Positions 34,842 to 34,974 of a stretch of DNA of 34,974 bases are shown here, in pieces. Source of the stretch: Thraustochytrium aureum (lineage: Eukaryota); contig BLSG01000120.1 in assembly GCA_012862495.1 (NCBI GenBank), forward strand, positions 43,984 to 78,957, written 5' to 3'. The stretch's first letter is position 1; each line of letters opens with the position of its first letter. The position numbers and the translations under genes are program-made. Below the pieces are notes generated by a model, which saw only the letters and a program-made list of their open reading frames with translations, had not been told where the DNA came from and made no database searches.

Positions 34842-34974
34842 CGCGCTGGTCTGACTCGCACTTTCCCCGCGTCGGGTCTCTCTCGAACAGGCAGCTCGCT
34901 CGCTAGCTAGCTACTACCGCGGTCCAGAACAGGCCGCCGCCCCCTCGGCGCACGGGGCCACGAAACGCGTCGCC

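Noticed and set aside
1..34974. Prokaryotic operon, CRISPR array, phage or defence island
   Set aside because: Gene content (IFT121, CFAP65, PEX11, TTLL, a spliceosomal intron) is eukaryotic. I saw no repeat-spacer array, integrase, transposase, tRNA or rRNA.

Overview
This is eukaryotic nuclear DNA: GC-rich, gene-dense and intron-poor. It comes from a flagellated protist. A stramenopile such as a thraustochytrid is my inference from gene content and splice signals, and is not proven. The draft is fragmentary, with 12 N-gaps (1494-1841, 2654-2767, 3517-4459, 6591-6859, 11318-11438, 15161-15542, 17344-18074, 19126-19302, 25962-26201, 27961-28619, 31278-31378, 32933-33081). Many single-base frameshifts, mostly in homopolymer runs, split real genes across several ORF-track entries. 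I reconstruct about 13 genes: a TTLL3/8-like tubulin glycylase, an RluA-family pseudouridine synthase, a long PEX11 protein, CFAP65, WDR35/IFT121, a divergent Mei2-like RRM protein, a myristoylation-motif CaMK1-like kinase, an SH3-IQ-Tudor protein, an NADP-dependent PTGR-like oxidoreductase with one GT-AG intron, an AAAP amino acid transporter, a TLC-domain protein, a UPF0193/EVG1-like protein and an LRR-NEL protein. The last one is the standout. It has the architecture of bacterial IpaH/SspH type III effector E3 ligases: about 12 LRRs, then an NEL domain with an intact Cys-x-Asp catalytic motif. It also has an extra C-terminal U-box-like segment and sits among ordinary eukaryotic genes. All domain calls come from motif recognition by eye; no searches were run.
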